Positions 37,536-52,055 of a stretch of 64,000 bases of DNA are shown in pieces. This DNA comes from Heterodontus francisci (Eukaryota). The notes under the pieces were generated by a model. It did not search any database, was not told where the DNA came from, and worked only from the letters and a program-made list of their open reading frames with translations. The translations under genes were made by a program, and so were the position numbers. How positions within the stretch are numbered: the stretch's first letter is position 1; the number at the start of each line of letters is the position of its first letter. Where the stretch lies: contig NC_090412.1 in the NCBI RefSeq assembly GCF_036365525.1, positions 21,892,029-21,956,028 of the forward strand. The letters run 5' to 3'.

Positions 37536-40500
37536 TCTCCTAGATGTTTAACAAATAGACAGTAAGACTCGTCTGGTACCTATGAATACCTTCAAAGAGG
37601 TACACTGTGCTCGCTGCTATCACATTTACACACACGAAATAGACTGTATATAACAGACTTGCATTCCCAGCCACTGGCCTTCGCCAATTTGGCAAGTTTA
37701 CTTTGGTGGTTATCAGCTGTACTGGAACCCACTTTTCTTGGGCCAGCCTTTTTAGAACCCACAAATCCTGACAAAATCTGCTTTTATACCAGGCATATAA
37801 TTTAACATCACTTTGTTGAATGGAAGGAAGCTGAAATGGAGCATAAATGCTGGGGCTGAATGACCTGTTTCTGAGTTGTACAGTATATTCTATGTAATAA
37901 TCTTCACCTTGCAGTTCCCAGCTAGTTATTTTAATAATTGAATCAAGGAATGTTTTTTTTTGTTCCTATTGTGATGATGTAACCTGCTGACCCAAGCTAA
38001 TGCTACCTTTAGGGGATCAAAGTCTGTTTGTAGTCTAGACTCTGAGCTCCAAGATAATTTGTAGACATCACAAGTCATAGTTCAGGTCATGTCACTGACC
38101 GTGGACAGCCATAAACTGCATTTAAGTCGGTGACGTTTACGGTTTTTATAAGGCATCTGTTTTTATTTTGTGGTTTGCATTTAATTTGTTTTGCAATTCA
38201 GTTAAAGAGTTTGTGGCTATAACCTCCCATTGAAGCTATATTTTTTAGGTCTTGTGTACTCCTTTGATTAGTTGGTGGAAGTCTGTTTTGAAGACAAATT
38301 CTACTTATTTGGAAAAAAAAATTGCTAATTAAAATTGGTTTGTACAGGAACATTGTCTGAATTGCAGGTACAATAATGTTCCCATTTTGTCTAGCTCGTA
38401 TTGTTTGAATTGGGCTACAGTACCAAGTGGCAGCTACTTCCATTTTTAAAAACCTCCCTCTGGATCTATTATTAAGAATTTATAATGGAGGCAAGTAAAA
38501 CTTTAGCTGACCAGATTATCTTAAAACTAAGTTTTATAATAGTAATGTGAAATCAGTCTCGGACAGACTAACACTGTGAACAGTCTGGTTGCTGATGAAA
38601 TCTTTAATGAGTTTAAAATTTGGGAATATATAACCACTGGCATTTACTTGGCTAATCTTCTGCAGTGATTTTTTTTTTGAACAGTTGTCAATTTCAGTCA
38701 CTGTCCATAACTATTAATTTTTAATTAGAAGCTGGAGTGAACCGTTATCTGCTATATTTAAAAGTTTGTATGTTGTCCGTGGAACTTCAGTCCCTCAACA
38801 ATTGTAGTTGTGGTGCGAGTACTTAAGAGTTGTTATTTAATCTAGTGAAAAGTTTCCGTGTCGTTAATGCCTATCTAAACATCTTGTTTGACTTGGTGCA
38901 ACGGTCCTTCTGGTTACTGGGAATTGGACAAACAAATTGGAGGTTGTCCAGTAAATGTGATCAAACTGTAGCACGATGCAGCTCTAGCTGCACAATTAGC
39001 TGCTAGAGACTTCTTGCCACTTGTTGAGTGAAAATTAGAAGTCACCATTCTGTAATCTTAGTGAGATTTTAACAAGGTGTTGATCAATAAACCTCTTCAA
39101 ACTCGTGCTCAACAGTACAAAGATTCTCGCTTTGTTTATTGACAAAATAACTTCCTGATGTCGGGTGTTTTATAAATATCAGCCTTTCCAAAGTGATCAT
39201 GGCATCTCCAAAATGGCTACCTTGACCAGCAAGATTAACTTGTTGACCAGCATTATCAGATTGTGTCATTAGGTGCTTTTTACATTGAAGCAAGGGTGCT
39301 ATAGAAGGGTAGTGGAAAGATGACTTATATACTGCTCTCTGTTATTTAACTTTGTTCCTACTGTCACTTTAGTCAAGGCCCATTTAAGGTGGAAGACCTG
39401 AAGCAGGCGGAGTTTAGATGATTGGCCTCCAGCAACCACAGCCATCTTTGTGTCAGGTATAACCCCTGTGGCCTGCTATCTCGAGCTTGAAACTTGTTCT
39501 CTTCCAGAACTAAAGGCCTTCTCCTCCATCTTTGTCCCCAATATTCGGCACATGTGAGAGTTGTTACTGCTGCTCATTATTGCTTTGCATGCGAATGGCT
39601 CGGCCATGGGTTTTACACCACCTTCCAAACCTGGCCCAAGTTTGACTGCCAGCGCTGTCTCTCTGAACAGCATCACTGGACATCCACGTGACAATGCACA
39701 GGTCTTCTGTTGGCGATATGAGGATAGTAGGCTAGCTGACAGGATGTTGATAGTGCATGTCACCCTCCGGAAGGGAGAAGCTTTTGTTATAGACATTTTC
39801 TCTTACTGTCCTGAGGCAGTACTGATTTTCAACCATTTGAGTGTTTACATTTGTAGATGCTGATAAGCCCTGGATTGGGAGAGAGATTTGTTTTTATAGC
39901 AAGACAGGGTAAGATAACACATTAAGCACTTTTGGCTGCTCTTGTTTTGGTGTCAGTTCATAAAGCATCCAGTGGCAAACCTGATGTAAAGTTGAGAGGA
40001 ATTAATAAATCTACCTGACATGAAGATGCGGGTTAGAAACAAAAAGGTCTTCCCAGTTGACTGATTCAGCAAATTCAATAACTTTTTCCTGGAGTTTCCT
40101 GTCAGCTGTGTAAGCTTTAGGGACCAACAGCACAAGCACGCCCAATATAACACATATGTATAAGCACGTTAAATTCTGATTCTCGAATGTCATTAAACCA
40201 ACCTCTTCCATATGCTGTCTTTTTATGGTTTGCTTTCTTTGGCTTAGTTGGAAAAAGGAGACTGGTCTTCTGCACATGCAGAGGAGGGGAACGAAAGGGT
40301 ACTATAGACTATACTGCAGTTTGAGAAGGCAATCTCTGCTTTGCAGCAGGGTTGACAGATGCTGTGTTGGTGCAGTGCATTGCACGCACATTCGTGCAAT
40401 TTTTACGTCCTGGTGCAAGCACGATCAGCTAACTTTGTGCATCACTGGCCAGTGTAATTTGAGGGCAGACAGACTCAATAAAGTGAATCTCTGGTCTCAG

Positions 40501-41209
40501 TAATGTGGAGGCCAATAAGTTTACATTTGGTTCAGGTAGGAAGTTGAAAGCAGTGGGTTAAGCTGTGCCTGTAAACTTTATGCACCTGTTTATAACAGGG
40601 CCTGTGTAAATGATGTGTATATAGTTGTAACTAAATGAACCATTAGTTTCTCTTTATTTGCTGGAGGAATCTGCCTCGGAATATCTGATTAATGTCGGGC
40701 TGTTTTCTGTGACAGTTTAAAACTGACCAGATAATCACTTTTTGTAAATGAATATGTGTAGCCCAAGTTAGCTTGCAATAAATTATTGTTGCTCCAAACC
40801 TGGACCAAGTGATGCTCTCAGTATGTTGGAGTGATCTGTTCATAAATTGCCTTAAGCATTCAATAAAAGTAGCTTGCATTTATAATGTGATTTATCCAAA
40901 GCTGCTTCATGAGGGTGTGGGCAGAAGATCAGGATACTGAGCTGAAGTTGAGAGTCGATCACTGAATGGTTGGGAAAAGCGGGATATTGGGGAGCTTTAG
41001 AAAATGGAGAGGGATGAAGCAACTTGGAGGAGCTTTGGAGTGTAAGGAGCATGGTAGAGCAATTGGGAGAGCAGATGGTGTGAGCTATGATATAGGACTG
41101 GATAAGGTTGTGGAGAAAAGGTGATGGAGATTTGTAAATGAGAGGATTCTAAAATCAATCTGTTGGGGCCCAGATACAAAGTGAGCCAGATCTAGTACAT
41201 GATGAGATG

Positions 41210-41335
41210 CAGGGAGCAGCATACTCTATCAGTTGGATGTAAAAGATCCCATGGCACAATTTTGAAAAGGAGCAGGAGCAGGAGCAGAGAGCAGGACACT
41301 CCCTGGTGTCCTGGCCAATATTTGTTCCTCAAAGT
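41210..41335 (+). mobile_element. Deu-domain SINE fragment
   Basis: ggatgtaaaagatcccatggcac..ggtgtcctggccaatattt. Confidence 0.7.
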
Positions 41336-41639
41336 AGGAAATGTAAAAATAAATGCAGAGGTATAGTAAAAAAAAAAGTTAGCATTAAACAAAAATGGTT
41401 GAGTAGTTATTTAACACACCTATACTTGTTTTTATAGTATCAGTTGGAGTCTTTAACCCACTAGCCTCAATGGAATGGAGCACCTGTGCTTCCACATATC
41501 AGCAGTGCAACACTTAGCGTGTCTCCATTATTGTCAAATGTAGAATAAAGAGATACTAAAAGTTGGATGCAGAAAACACGTGGTCCAGATGATGTGGTCA
41601 CACATGCCTGGTACGTGTGCATTTTTAAGATATAAAAAA

Positions 41640-41830
41640 AACCAGCAGATGCTGGAAATCTGAAACAAAAACAGTGGAATATAGGAAACACTCAGCAGCA
41701 CCTGTGGGGGAAAAAATGTTAACATTTCAGGTATCTAACTCTTCATCCAAAATAGTTCTGACAAAAGATTATACACCTGAAATATTGACTCTCTTCCTTT
41801 TTTCCACTTGCTGAGTGTTTCCAGCATTAT
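41640..41830. mobile_element. Penelope-like terminal fragment
   Basis: cagatgctggaaatctgaaacaaaaacag..actcagca..ttgctgagtgtttccagcatt, with internal inverted symmetry. Confidence 0.6.
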
Positions 41831-44800
41831 TTAGTTTGTGCTGCATATTTGGCATGTTTGGTCCTGTGAATTTGAAACTTGCTGAGCAACTGCAGTAAAA
41901 AGGGAGCAAAGGGGCGAGTGAATGGTGGTTGCATTTTCTCTGTGCCTTTGCTGCTTATAGCAATGAAGAAACAGGATTTGGGGTCCCTGACCTTTGCTGA
42001 AATGTGGGTTTCTGAAAAGTCAGCTCGAGTTTTAGTGTGAAATGGTACATTCATGAAAAGAATACAGATTTGTTCTGGCAAATGGAGGGTTAACTTGACT
42101 TAAATTTGACCTCCCTCTTCCTAGTGTTGAGAGTTTGGAATGCAGGCGTTTGGTACCAGTTCAGATGGCTGCATGTGTAAACTTGACAATGGACCTAATA
42201 TCCTGAAACTCAACTAATATCTTATTTCCTTGCTGTTTAATCCCTCTGTGCTAATAATAGTGAATTACGTAACCAGTCTGCTCACCTGGATTAATGACAT
42301 CCAGTTTCTGTTTAAGCAGAATATATTGCATTGTTTCCATAGCTTATATCCTATCTGTACATTGAGCTTTACCACTATTCTGAAATCAGGACCAAAAACT
42401 TCTGACATGCTTGGTGTACGTTCTAGCAGAGGTGTGGATGGCATTTAACTCTTTGGTACTATATGTGCTTTTCACGATTCAAAATTTAGATGAATATTTT
42501 TGCATTTATCTAATAATTCAAAGTTGCTTTATTTAGTGATCTGCTAATTAATTTTTTTTAGCAATGGATTACCACATTGCTTATGTTGTTGAATGCAAAC
42601 TGTTAGATCATATTTTTAGTGGACAAAAACTTTAGCATTATCAGGAGTACGTTCTATAACTTAACTGTGTACATAAAATGATTTTTTTTATGATTCTCCT
42701 TGTCTTTTTGGAGCAAACTTTGTATTGGTGCCCTTCTTTGCAAGGGTTAAAATATGTTGTCATTGTTATAATGGTGCTTGTTCTGTAGAATATTAACTTC
42801 TAAGCCTAATTGAGAATTGATGACTTGAGGCCAAAATCCAAGCAGTTTGCTGAGCTGTGCTTTTTAAAAAGAAACTTTTACCTCTTGGGAGATGGGTGTA
42901 AGTGCTGCGTACCTATGATATATACTGAATTCATGTCACATTACCTTGTTGAGAAACCTAGGTAAGGGGTGAGGGCAGGTGATGAATATGTTGATCCCCA
43001 AGATAAAATATTACTCAGCAAATTTAAATTTAAAAATGTGAGAGAAGGAGGTTCTGAAGTGTTGATAATGCTTCTATCCAAGAAAGAGAGCAAGGTTGGA
43101 AGCTAAAGATAAGAATTGCCTGTTAGATGATAGACTTTTAGTTGTATCTTAAAATACAAAATAATGTAAGAATACAATACAATTATATAGATTGAACTGG
43201 CTGGTGCTCTTTACTCTAGAAAAGAAAAGACTGAGGTGTGACCTAATAAGACGGCTTTAAAATTATAAAGGGGTTTGATAGGGTAGGTGTGGGGAAGATG
43301 TTTGCGCTGGTAGGGGAGAATTATAAGATAGTTGCTAATAAATTCAATAAGCAATTCTTTAGTGTGGAATGTGGAACTTGCCATTATATGGAGTGATTCA
43401 GATGAATAGCATAGATAAATTTATGGAGAAGCCAGATAGGTATATGAGGGAGAAAAGAAGGATATGCTGATGGGGTGAAATGAAGTAAAGTAGGAGGAGG
43501 TTCAGGTGGACCAGAAACACTGGCATAGACTGGTTGGGCCAAATGGCCTGTTCCTGTGCTGTAAATACTATAATATAATTAATGCAGGAGTATGAGAGAG
43601 AGGTGCAGGCCTGGAGAGGCATAGGCTTTAGAGAGAGTGTCAATGAAGGACAAAGATGCATTTGGCATAGAGAAGGAAACTGAGCTTCCTGTATGAGTTG
43701 CAACTAATCCAGAAATTATCAGACTTTGAAATGACAGGATTCCTAATATGTAATGTGGAGGGCCTTGATTTTAGTTTGGAACACTTCCTGATGTGACACC
43801 ATGACTGGGCGAGCAAACATAACAGTTCCTGTTCATGATGTTAAAGAGGGAGTTCCATAACATACCTGTAGCTGTATAAAATGGTATAAGGAAAGCCATC
43901 TGAGCTGTGAAAGCTCAGTCATTGTGTGTGTTCTAGACAGAGATAGATTTCTCGATATTAAAGATATCAAGGGATATGGGAATAGTGCAGGAAAATGACA
44001 TTGAGGTGGAAGGTCAGCCCTGATCTAGTTGAATGGCGGAGTAGGCGCGAAGGGCCAAATGGCTGCCGGCTCCTATTTCCTATGTTCCTGTGTTCCGTCA
44101 CACAGCACAAACTGTTCTAATGGGCCTTGTACAGTCTGCTGGAATTCACTTTCGATTAACGTCTACTGCTATTTCAGAGGAGGCAAGCAGAGAGGGGATA
44201 ATTGTTTTAGATTTAAAGACATGGAATAATAGTTGGGAATAATATTCATCAAGGGCTTCTTTGTGTGCCACTTACATTGCCCACATTTTACACTGTTTTA
44301 GCCTGGCAGCATTATATCAGTATGGACTCCTCCATACTGCTTTCGTATTGAGGGAAAGCTTTACTTATGCGATAAAGATATGTTGGTCACTGTACGTGTT
44401 GAATGGCTGATTTGAGTCACACAAACTCTGATCTCTGGGGCAGGGAGATAAGGCTTATATTCTGTATACTTGGTTGGATTTTACATAAACTAGTTGGGAC
44501 CCATCCTGTACGCAATCTAAGTGGTTTCAAGTGTATTGTTTTAAAGCAATCCAGCATTTCTTTTTTTGAGTACATGTAACAGTATGTGCATGTATATATA
44601 CTATGGTGTTGATGCATACCTGGAAGCAGGTTGCTCTCTTGGCCAAGCTGCTGCGTGTAAGTTAGCCAGGGTTGTTCCTACTGCAGCTGCTGCTGCTGAA
44701 AGTGCATGTTGGATGTGGAATAGGATCAGACTTGGCTGTGATTTTTCCAGCACTTCCTCTCACCTTCCCTCTGTAGTTAAATATACTAATTACAGACTAT

Positions 44801-45576
44801 CCAGAACACTCACATTTGGACAACGCACCAACAAGCAGTTGATGCCCGTAGAACAGATATCTTGACGAGGCATCAATATTGTTAGGTGAGGACATAAACT
44901 TGGGTCACCTCATGTTTGTTTCCACTCAATTTTCATGATCACTTACATTTATTTGCCACCTTTTAACATAGTTAAGTAACTCATTGTCCTTCATAGGAAC
45001 ATTATCAAACAAACTTTGACAGCGAGCCACATCAGGACATATTAAGACTGGTGATCAAAAACTTGGTCAAAGAGGTAAATTTTAAGAAGTGTCTTAAAGG
45101 AGGCAAGAGACGGAAAGATTTAGGGAGAGAATTGCATTGCCTGGAGCCTAGGCAGCTGCAGGCCGCCGGAGTCGAGTGATTTAAGTCCTCCAGAATTGGA
45201 GGAGTGCAGAGATCTCAGTTGGTTGTTGGGTTGGAGGAGGTTAACAAAGATAGTGAAGCGGTGAGACCATGGAGGGATTTGAAAACAAGGGTGCAAATTT
45301 TAAAATTGAGGCATTACCAGACCCGGAGTCTCTGAGCAGGTCAGTGAGCACAGGTAACGGGTGAACAGGACTTTACCTTGGCATAGAGGATCATTATGTT
45401 ACTTGAGGTTATCTACAAAATGGCTACTCGCAGGCTACCTGTAACAGAAATTCTAAAGAATAAAAACTAGCAAAAAGGAATATCTAAGATGCTAAAATAT
45501 GCGTTTGTCTTTATGACACTTAGGATTGTGGGGCAATTGAGAAGACTGGCCTCTTGTGCCTTCAGCTGCCAAATAA

Positions 45577-45720
45577 AACATAGAAATATAGAAAATAGGA
45601 GCAGGAGTAGGCCATTCAGCCCTTCGGGCCTGCTCCGCCATTTAAAAAGATCATGGCTGATCGTCTAATTCAGTATTCTGTTCCCGCTTTCTCCCCATAT
45701 CCCTTGATCCCTTTGGCATT
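45577..45720 (-). mobile_element. CR1 3' tail
   Basis: aaacatagaaatatagaaaataggagcaggagtaggccattcagccc. Confidence 0.8.
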
Positions 45721-46094
45721 GCTGGAAGTACATGTTGGATGTGGAATAGGATCAGACGGCTGTGATTTTTCCAGCACTTCCTCTCCCCTTCCCTCCGTGG
45801 TTGAATATACTAATTACAGACTGTCCAGAACTCTCTCATTTGGACAATGCCAAGGCCCTAAGCTCTGGAATTCCATCCCTAAACCTCTCTGCCTTTTCCT
45901 CCTTCAAGATGCTCTTTAAACCTACCTCTTTGGCCATCTGCCTGAAGATCTCCTGAAGTGGTTCAGCATCACATTTTGTTTGTTAGTACCACTGTGGAGT
46001 ACCTTGGGACATCTTGCTACTTTAAAGGTGTTATGTAAATTCAAGTTGTTGTTTTCCTTTTCATAGAATATTTCAGCACAGGGGGATGAAGGAA

Positions 46095-46300
46095 GGAAGA
46101 CTTGCATTTATATAGTGCCTTTCACAACCGCAGGACATTCCAAAGTGCTTCACAGCCAATGAAGTACTTTTGAATTGTAGTTAGTGTTGGAAAGTAGGAA
46201 ACGCAGCAGCCAATTTTTGCACAGCAAGCTCTCTCAAACAGCAATGTTACAATGACCTAATATCTGTTTTTTGATAATTGAGGGATAAATATTTCCCAGG
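46095..46300 (-). mobile_element. Deu-domain SINE 3' part
   Basis: gacttgcatttatatagtgcctttcacaacc..gcagccaattt..gcacagcaagc. Confidence 0.8.
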
Positions 46301-47539
46301 AGGAGCTGCCCAACAATTCTCAATCACCCCATCCTTTCCCAAGCCCTTTCAATTTTTTATTTTTCAATTATTTATTATCCTATACCCTTTGAAAGATTAT
46401 TACGGATCCTATTTCCACCACTACTAGGTCATTCTTCTGAATAATAAAACATCTAACCACCTCTGTCGTCCTTTTAGCGATGACCTTAATTTTACGCCCT
46501 CTGGTTACTGATTCACCAATCGTGGAAATTGCTTTTCATGATTTACCTACTCATTTAAAGTTCTGGAATTAGCAATATATACCGATAATTTGCCAGCATT
46601 ACAGTAAAGATAGTCAGCAAAAACTGCATTAAAGTTTTATGGCACACGTTTTAGTTCCTGTTAACGAAGAATCTTAGGTTGCGACAATTGCAGAATAGCT
46701 CCAGTTTGTTCAGAATTTAATGTGGCGTTGAAAGACTAGTTTTAATCTCTTTGGAGTGGTCCTTTAATTTTTGTCTTTGGGAAATTGACGAAATGTTATC
46801 AGTAACTTTGAATCGGTTGTCTTTGTTTAAAATTCTGAGGGTCGCTTTTGTGCGAGTTTGATGGGCAAAGATCATGTGACCGGCGTCTCTTTCCTAAATA
46901 AAAATCTCCAGCCAAGAGTAATCACATGCCCATTCTCTTCATTCCTTGATGTACATGGCTTTGGATAAGTGTTAGTAAAGGCAATGCAGGAGAGGGGGAT
47001 TTGGTGGGTTTTATTTTATATACAGTACTGACAACCTACTTAAATACTCATCCAAAAATCCAGTCCCTGTTAGTCCCAAGTCATTTTGCATGATCTCTAA
47101 CAATATCTTGCTGTTTGGGTCTCAGCCAGTCTGCGTGGGGACTGTGTAGAGAGCTCAGTACGATCAAATGTGCGGCCAGCACTTGAGAATATTAAACACG
47201 CTTTCCTTCGAATAAGTCTGCTGAAATAGCACAAAATATATACGCAGCAATTTTATAACTTTGGAACACCAGAGTGATGCCAGGTGAGGATCAGTTTGGC
47301 GTATCATAAAAATGCTACTTTTTGTCAAGCCTCAGATCAAAAACTTGTAGAGCAGCATGGTTTGAGTTTTCTTTGCTGATAACTCATTCAAATCCACAAT
47401 GCTAATGCCTTCACTTTTTATAATTTGCTTGTTTGGAAACCATCTACTTTTGTTTCTTTCCAACTAGTCTTCTTAAAAATAAAACAAATGAATGCTTTGC
47501 TGAGTAGGTAGCATTCTTGCCAAAGTCATAAGGTTCTAT

Positions 47540-47880
47540 AAAAGCAAAATACTGCAGATGCTGGAAATCTGAAATAAAAATGTGAGGCAACATCTGTGGA
47601 AAGAGAGAAGCAGAGTTAACGTTTCAGATCTGTGACCTTTCATCAGAACTGGCAAAGGTTAGAAAAGAATTAGGTTTTTAAGCAGGAGGGGAGGAGAACA
47701 AAAGGGAAGATGTGTGATAGGGCAGAGGGCAGGAGAGATTAAATTGCAAAGCTGTCATGGGACAAAGGCAAAGAGTGTTGATGCTTGTGAAAGACAAAAC
47801 ATTAGTCCAGAGAGAGTGTTAATGGCAGAATAATGAGCAGCTCTGTCTCCACGAAAAAACATGGTTAAAAATAAAATTTA
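47540..47880. mobile_element. Penelope-like fragment
   Basis: aaagcaaaatactgcagatgctggaaatctgaaataaaa..gagttaacgtttcag. A reverse-oriented relative lies at about 54760-55190. Confidence 0.65.
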
Positions 47881-48149
47881 AAAAAAATGAAAAGCTTCGG
47901 GATATTTGGAAAATTTGGTTTAAAAGTATAAAATTATTTCTCCAGATGTGGACCCTTGTTCACTTTTATGTGGTTTTAACCACAGGATTTTGACAGCTGC
48001 TGTGCAAATAACTGAGTTTAAATCGGGTCATTCTTCAACATTCAGGGATTTTTTGTCCCTGAATCAAGGGATTTGACACTTTTTTTTTCTCCTCATACTT
48101 TGGAGAATTTGCAAACTTTTGTTACTTGACATTACTCTGTTCAAGCTTG

Positions 48150-48600
48150 TGCTGTGGGGCCTCGGTATGAATGCTGCAGCGGTTGGCTGTTGCAATCCCC
48201 CTTAGCGGACCCACCGTGTACGTGCGGCCTGACGAGCCGCTGGTGGCGGATTGCTGACGAGACGGCAGCGTGCGTGTTGGTGACATCAGCGCGTAGGGAG
48301 GCGGTTGTGCGTGACGTGCCGGGGTATATAAACAGCCGAGGCCTGGTCTCTTTGGCAGTCGGAAGGTGGCGAGGTGGCAGAGTGGGTGTTTAACACCAGC
48401 GGCGGCTTTCACCTACATCCGCCTAAGAGGTGCAGTTCCCTATATCAGGTCGTGTGTGTGCTGAATAATTTGTGTCATTATCCCCGCTGTGTTTAGCGGC
48501 GGCGGCGGCGGCGGGGCCATTGCCCCGGGGCCCAGGAGGGACGGTGGCGCTCAGAGTGAAGGCCTGGCGGCCATTGCTTCAAGTGCCAGAGTTAGAAGGC
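48150..48600 (+). promoter_or_regulatory. NCOA4: CpG island and proximal promoter of NCOA4 (non-coding exon 1 nearby)
   Basis: High CpG density, TATATAAA at 48325-48332, TGACGT at 48312, TACGTG at 48219 and a (GGC)n run at about 48497. It lies 3.7 kb upstream of the ATG exon. Confidence 0.7.
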
Positions 48601-51600
48601 ATCTGGAGGGTAGATTCGATCTAATGCTCGCCTTTATTTTAATATAAACCCTCATTCTCGCACAGTTTCTGTTTCTTTCTTGCTGAAATATGTTGTATTT
48701 TGTTCCGTAGGCTCATTGCTGTTTATCTTTGGGGTAGTCTTTTTGGGATGGGATTGCAGGGCAGATGGAGTGGAGGATATGGGACCCTTGTGGGCCAAGT
48801 GCCATACGCCTTTGTTAACATGGATCATTGCCTGTTGATTTCATTTTGGTGTTTTGTTCTAAACTGGCGATTTAAGTTGTGGAGCTTGCAGGATGTCTTT
48901 CATTAGATGAAGCAAAATGGCAGCGGATGTGTGCATTCCACACGGATGTAAAATGCGACTCTAAATATGTTTGGTAACTTTGCACTTTTCCCACTCCCAC
49001 CAGCAATAATACCACATCCCTCCGTTATCAATATTGTGACTGCAGTATCGGCCCTTCACTGAGTAGGAAGAAAATTTGGAAAGCAGGGAAAAGAATAGTG
49101 ATAACAAGATGCAGCCCATTAAAAGAAAATTTATGCTAAAAGAGATCGTGTATACAGTTCTATTAGAATTGGGTGATGGGATCTGCCTCTCAGGGCAGCT
49201 ACTAATCAGATTTCATGTACTGAACGGTGCATGTTTCTGGCACTTGCTAGGCTTTTTATATGGCTATTTTAAGTTGAGCAGCATATTACAACTCGTAGTC
49301 AAGTGGATTTCCGAGGCGGTGGGGTGCGTGTGAGAAGAGGTGGACAAGAGATGTGGAATGCAAAAGCACCCCCCATCCCGCTGCAGCAGTGGAAAAAAGG
49401 ATAAAAAACAAAATTCTCATTTTTCCAGACACTTAATTTTGCATCCATGGCTAAACCTTTCCCAGAGTTTGTTTATATCCTACATTCTAATGAAGAGAGC
49501 TTTTGTTTGCTGTGTAGTTTGTCTAATGGGTGATCATATCACAAAGGACCAGAGTTGGGTGTATTGTAAACATTAACCCAGTTTGCACTGTTAACGTACA
49601 ATCTGTGATGCACAGACATAACATGAGTGGGGCAATACTAGAAGTGGGTGAAAGGTCAATTTTTAGGCGAGGAGTAAGCATACATTGCAGGGTGTGTGCA
49701 TGCTGTCCCTCTTCTAGGAGTAGTCTAATATTCCAAATTTTTACCCCTCAAGGGGTTTTAAAATACAATTTATTTATGTCTTGTATTGTAAAGAGTTTGT
49801 AATTCCCCTCAATATGTTCATCTTTAGTGTTTAAACTAACTTAATATATAGAAATCTTTCAGAAAGTACCTGTGCTATTGAGTACAACTAAATGTATTAT
49901 TTATCCTCCACTTATACAGGACTTTTTGTCAACTTTAAAAATTGCATATCCAGTTTAAACATCATTCTTACAATGAGGAAGACTTTACTTACAATAGTGA
50001 TCCACCATTTGAGCCAGGTTTGCTAAACAAGGAAATGTATGAATACATTCTTTACCGTGGGCAAAAATGCTGGAGCAATTGGCTTCCACCTATAATAGAA
50101 ATTTGCGTCAACTTGTAATTTGCATGACTTAACTTCAGCGTCATTCTCATTGAGGAAGATTTTACCTGCAGTAAGTGATCTTATTTAAGACAGGGTTGCT
50201 AAACAAGGAAATGTTTGAATACATTATTGTGGCTACAAATGTTGCTGCAGCATCAGTGCCAACATTTTTGTATACCAAGTTCCTTGGAGAGGGAAAAAAC
50301 CCAGCTCACATGCTTGTCTGGGCAAAATTCAAATTATTTGATTGGAATGGTATTTTGTATGCGATTTGTGACTCCCCCACCTTTTTTGTTTTTATGTAAA
50401 ATACCTGTGCTAAATGGCCATAAGGCAGGTTTGAATCTCTGCCTTTCAGAATAATCCCATTGTAAATTTAGCTGTTTATTAAACAAGTTGAGTGCCATGG
50501 CTGGATTTTTTCCCCCTTCCCTTCCTGCAGCTGTAAATCGCCCTCTCTGAAGAACAAAATCCCAATGACAGTCCATAAATAGTGGATCTCTGGCAAAGTT
50601 TAGGAAATATATGAATTTGTCAATATGTTTTCCTTTTTTATAAAAAGAAAAGGAACACTTCCATTTATACCAAAATAAAATGTTCATTAAAATTCTAAAG
50701 ATTCTGTTATGGTGGCATCCTTTATGATCCAGATTAATGAAAATTATTCACTAGAAATCATAGTGTAATTGAAGTACCTCATTTTAGCTGCATGCATTTC
50801 TTAAGTCGCAGGTACTCCCATTCAGATACTTCTATTCATCCCCTCAGATTTGGATTTAATAGCATCAAATTACCTGTTCTTTTTCTACCCAACTTATTTA
50901 GCTCATTTTTTCTATTGAAGAAACTGTATAATGTGGGCTAACAGGCTTTGTGAATTAATGATTGTACATTAAAACTCATGCATGCAACTCTCATTTCCTG
51001 TAAATGTTGCACTTCCTTTAATCCTTCGTTGATAACATCCCTATTGTTATAAAATTGTGTATTCTCAGCCTCACTTTGAATAGTGCCACAAGAGGTCTGG
51101 TTTGTATAAATCACTTCTTGTATCAATCTCTTTATTTTGTGTGCCATTCAAATTTTTCATGTTTGTACTCAATTGGTCAAATTATATTTTCATAAATCCA
51201 GAAAATTGCAACTGAAGAGGCAGGGAGCAGGCAAGTCAGATACAAAAGGAAGCAGATAGAAAAACTACTAGTGAGAGCTACTGAGGACATGAAACAAATC
51301 AGCTGAGAGCAGTGGGCAAAATTGACCAAAGAATGGGGAAAATTTTTAATTTCTTGTAAAATTTTCAATTTCATCTTCCTTTCTCCACTACAGCTGACCA
51401 CTTATTACACAAGACATTAAAAGTATGAAGTATTCAACTTGAGAATTTTCCTGAAAAAAAACTATGCTGAAGGGTCTTGTCATTAAAATTTTAAAGTGGA
51501 AGCTGAAATACTTGGAACACTTGCTATCTCTTTATACCCAAGCTAACAGTTCCTAGGAGGGCTGCACCATATTCTGAACAAGTCTTACATTTTAAGTGGT

Positions 51601-52055
51601 TTACCAATAGGTTTTGCTTAAATATATTAAACATAGTTAATTTCCATCATATTTTCATGGAAGAGATATTTACACATTTCCTCCCCTAGCTCCACATTTC
51701 AGCTCCTTTCCCTCCCCTCCCACCACCACCACCATGAGCAACACCAGGGCAGATCAGCTATAATTTAAAATAAAATATCCTTATAACTTGAAATATATGG
51801 TGGAAGAGCCAGATATTTTTGAGATCTGAATCTAAAATGGTGTTCTTGATGTTGGAGAGGTCAAGTTGCTAAGTGAACTTAAATCTTGTAAAATCAGCCA
51901 GAATGTGAAGAATCGGTATTTGGAGTTTTTAAACATTGAGCTGCTTTAAAGTTACTGGCACTTAATGGGGGTTGAGTGTGTGACTGCCCTGTTAATCTTG
52001 CATGCCCATATCCATAGTTGAATTTCTTAACTACTTCCTTTCAGCAGAGACCAAG

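Noticed and set aside
39370-40500. Short ORFs and possible exons in the 39-40.5 kb region
   Set aside because: No recognisable protein similarity and no consistent exon chain.
48340-48460. Iron-responsive element in the NCOA4 5' UTR
   Set aside because: No CAGUGN loop with a proper stem was seen.
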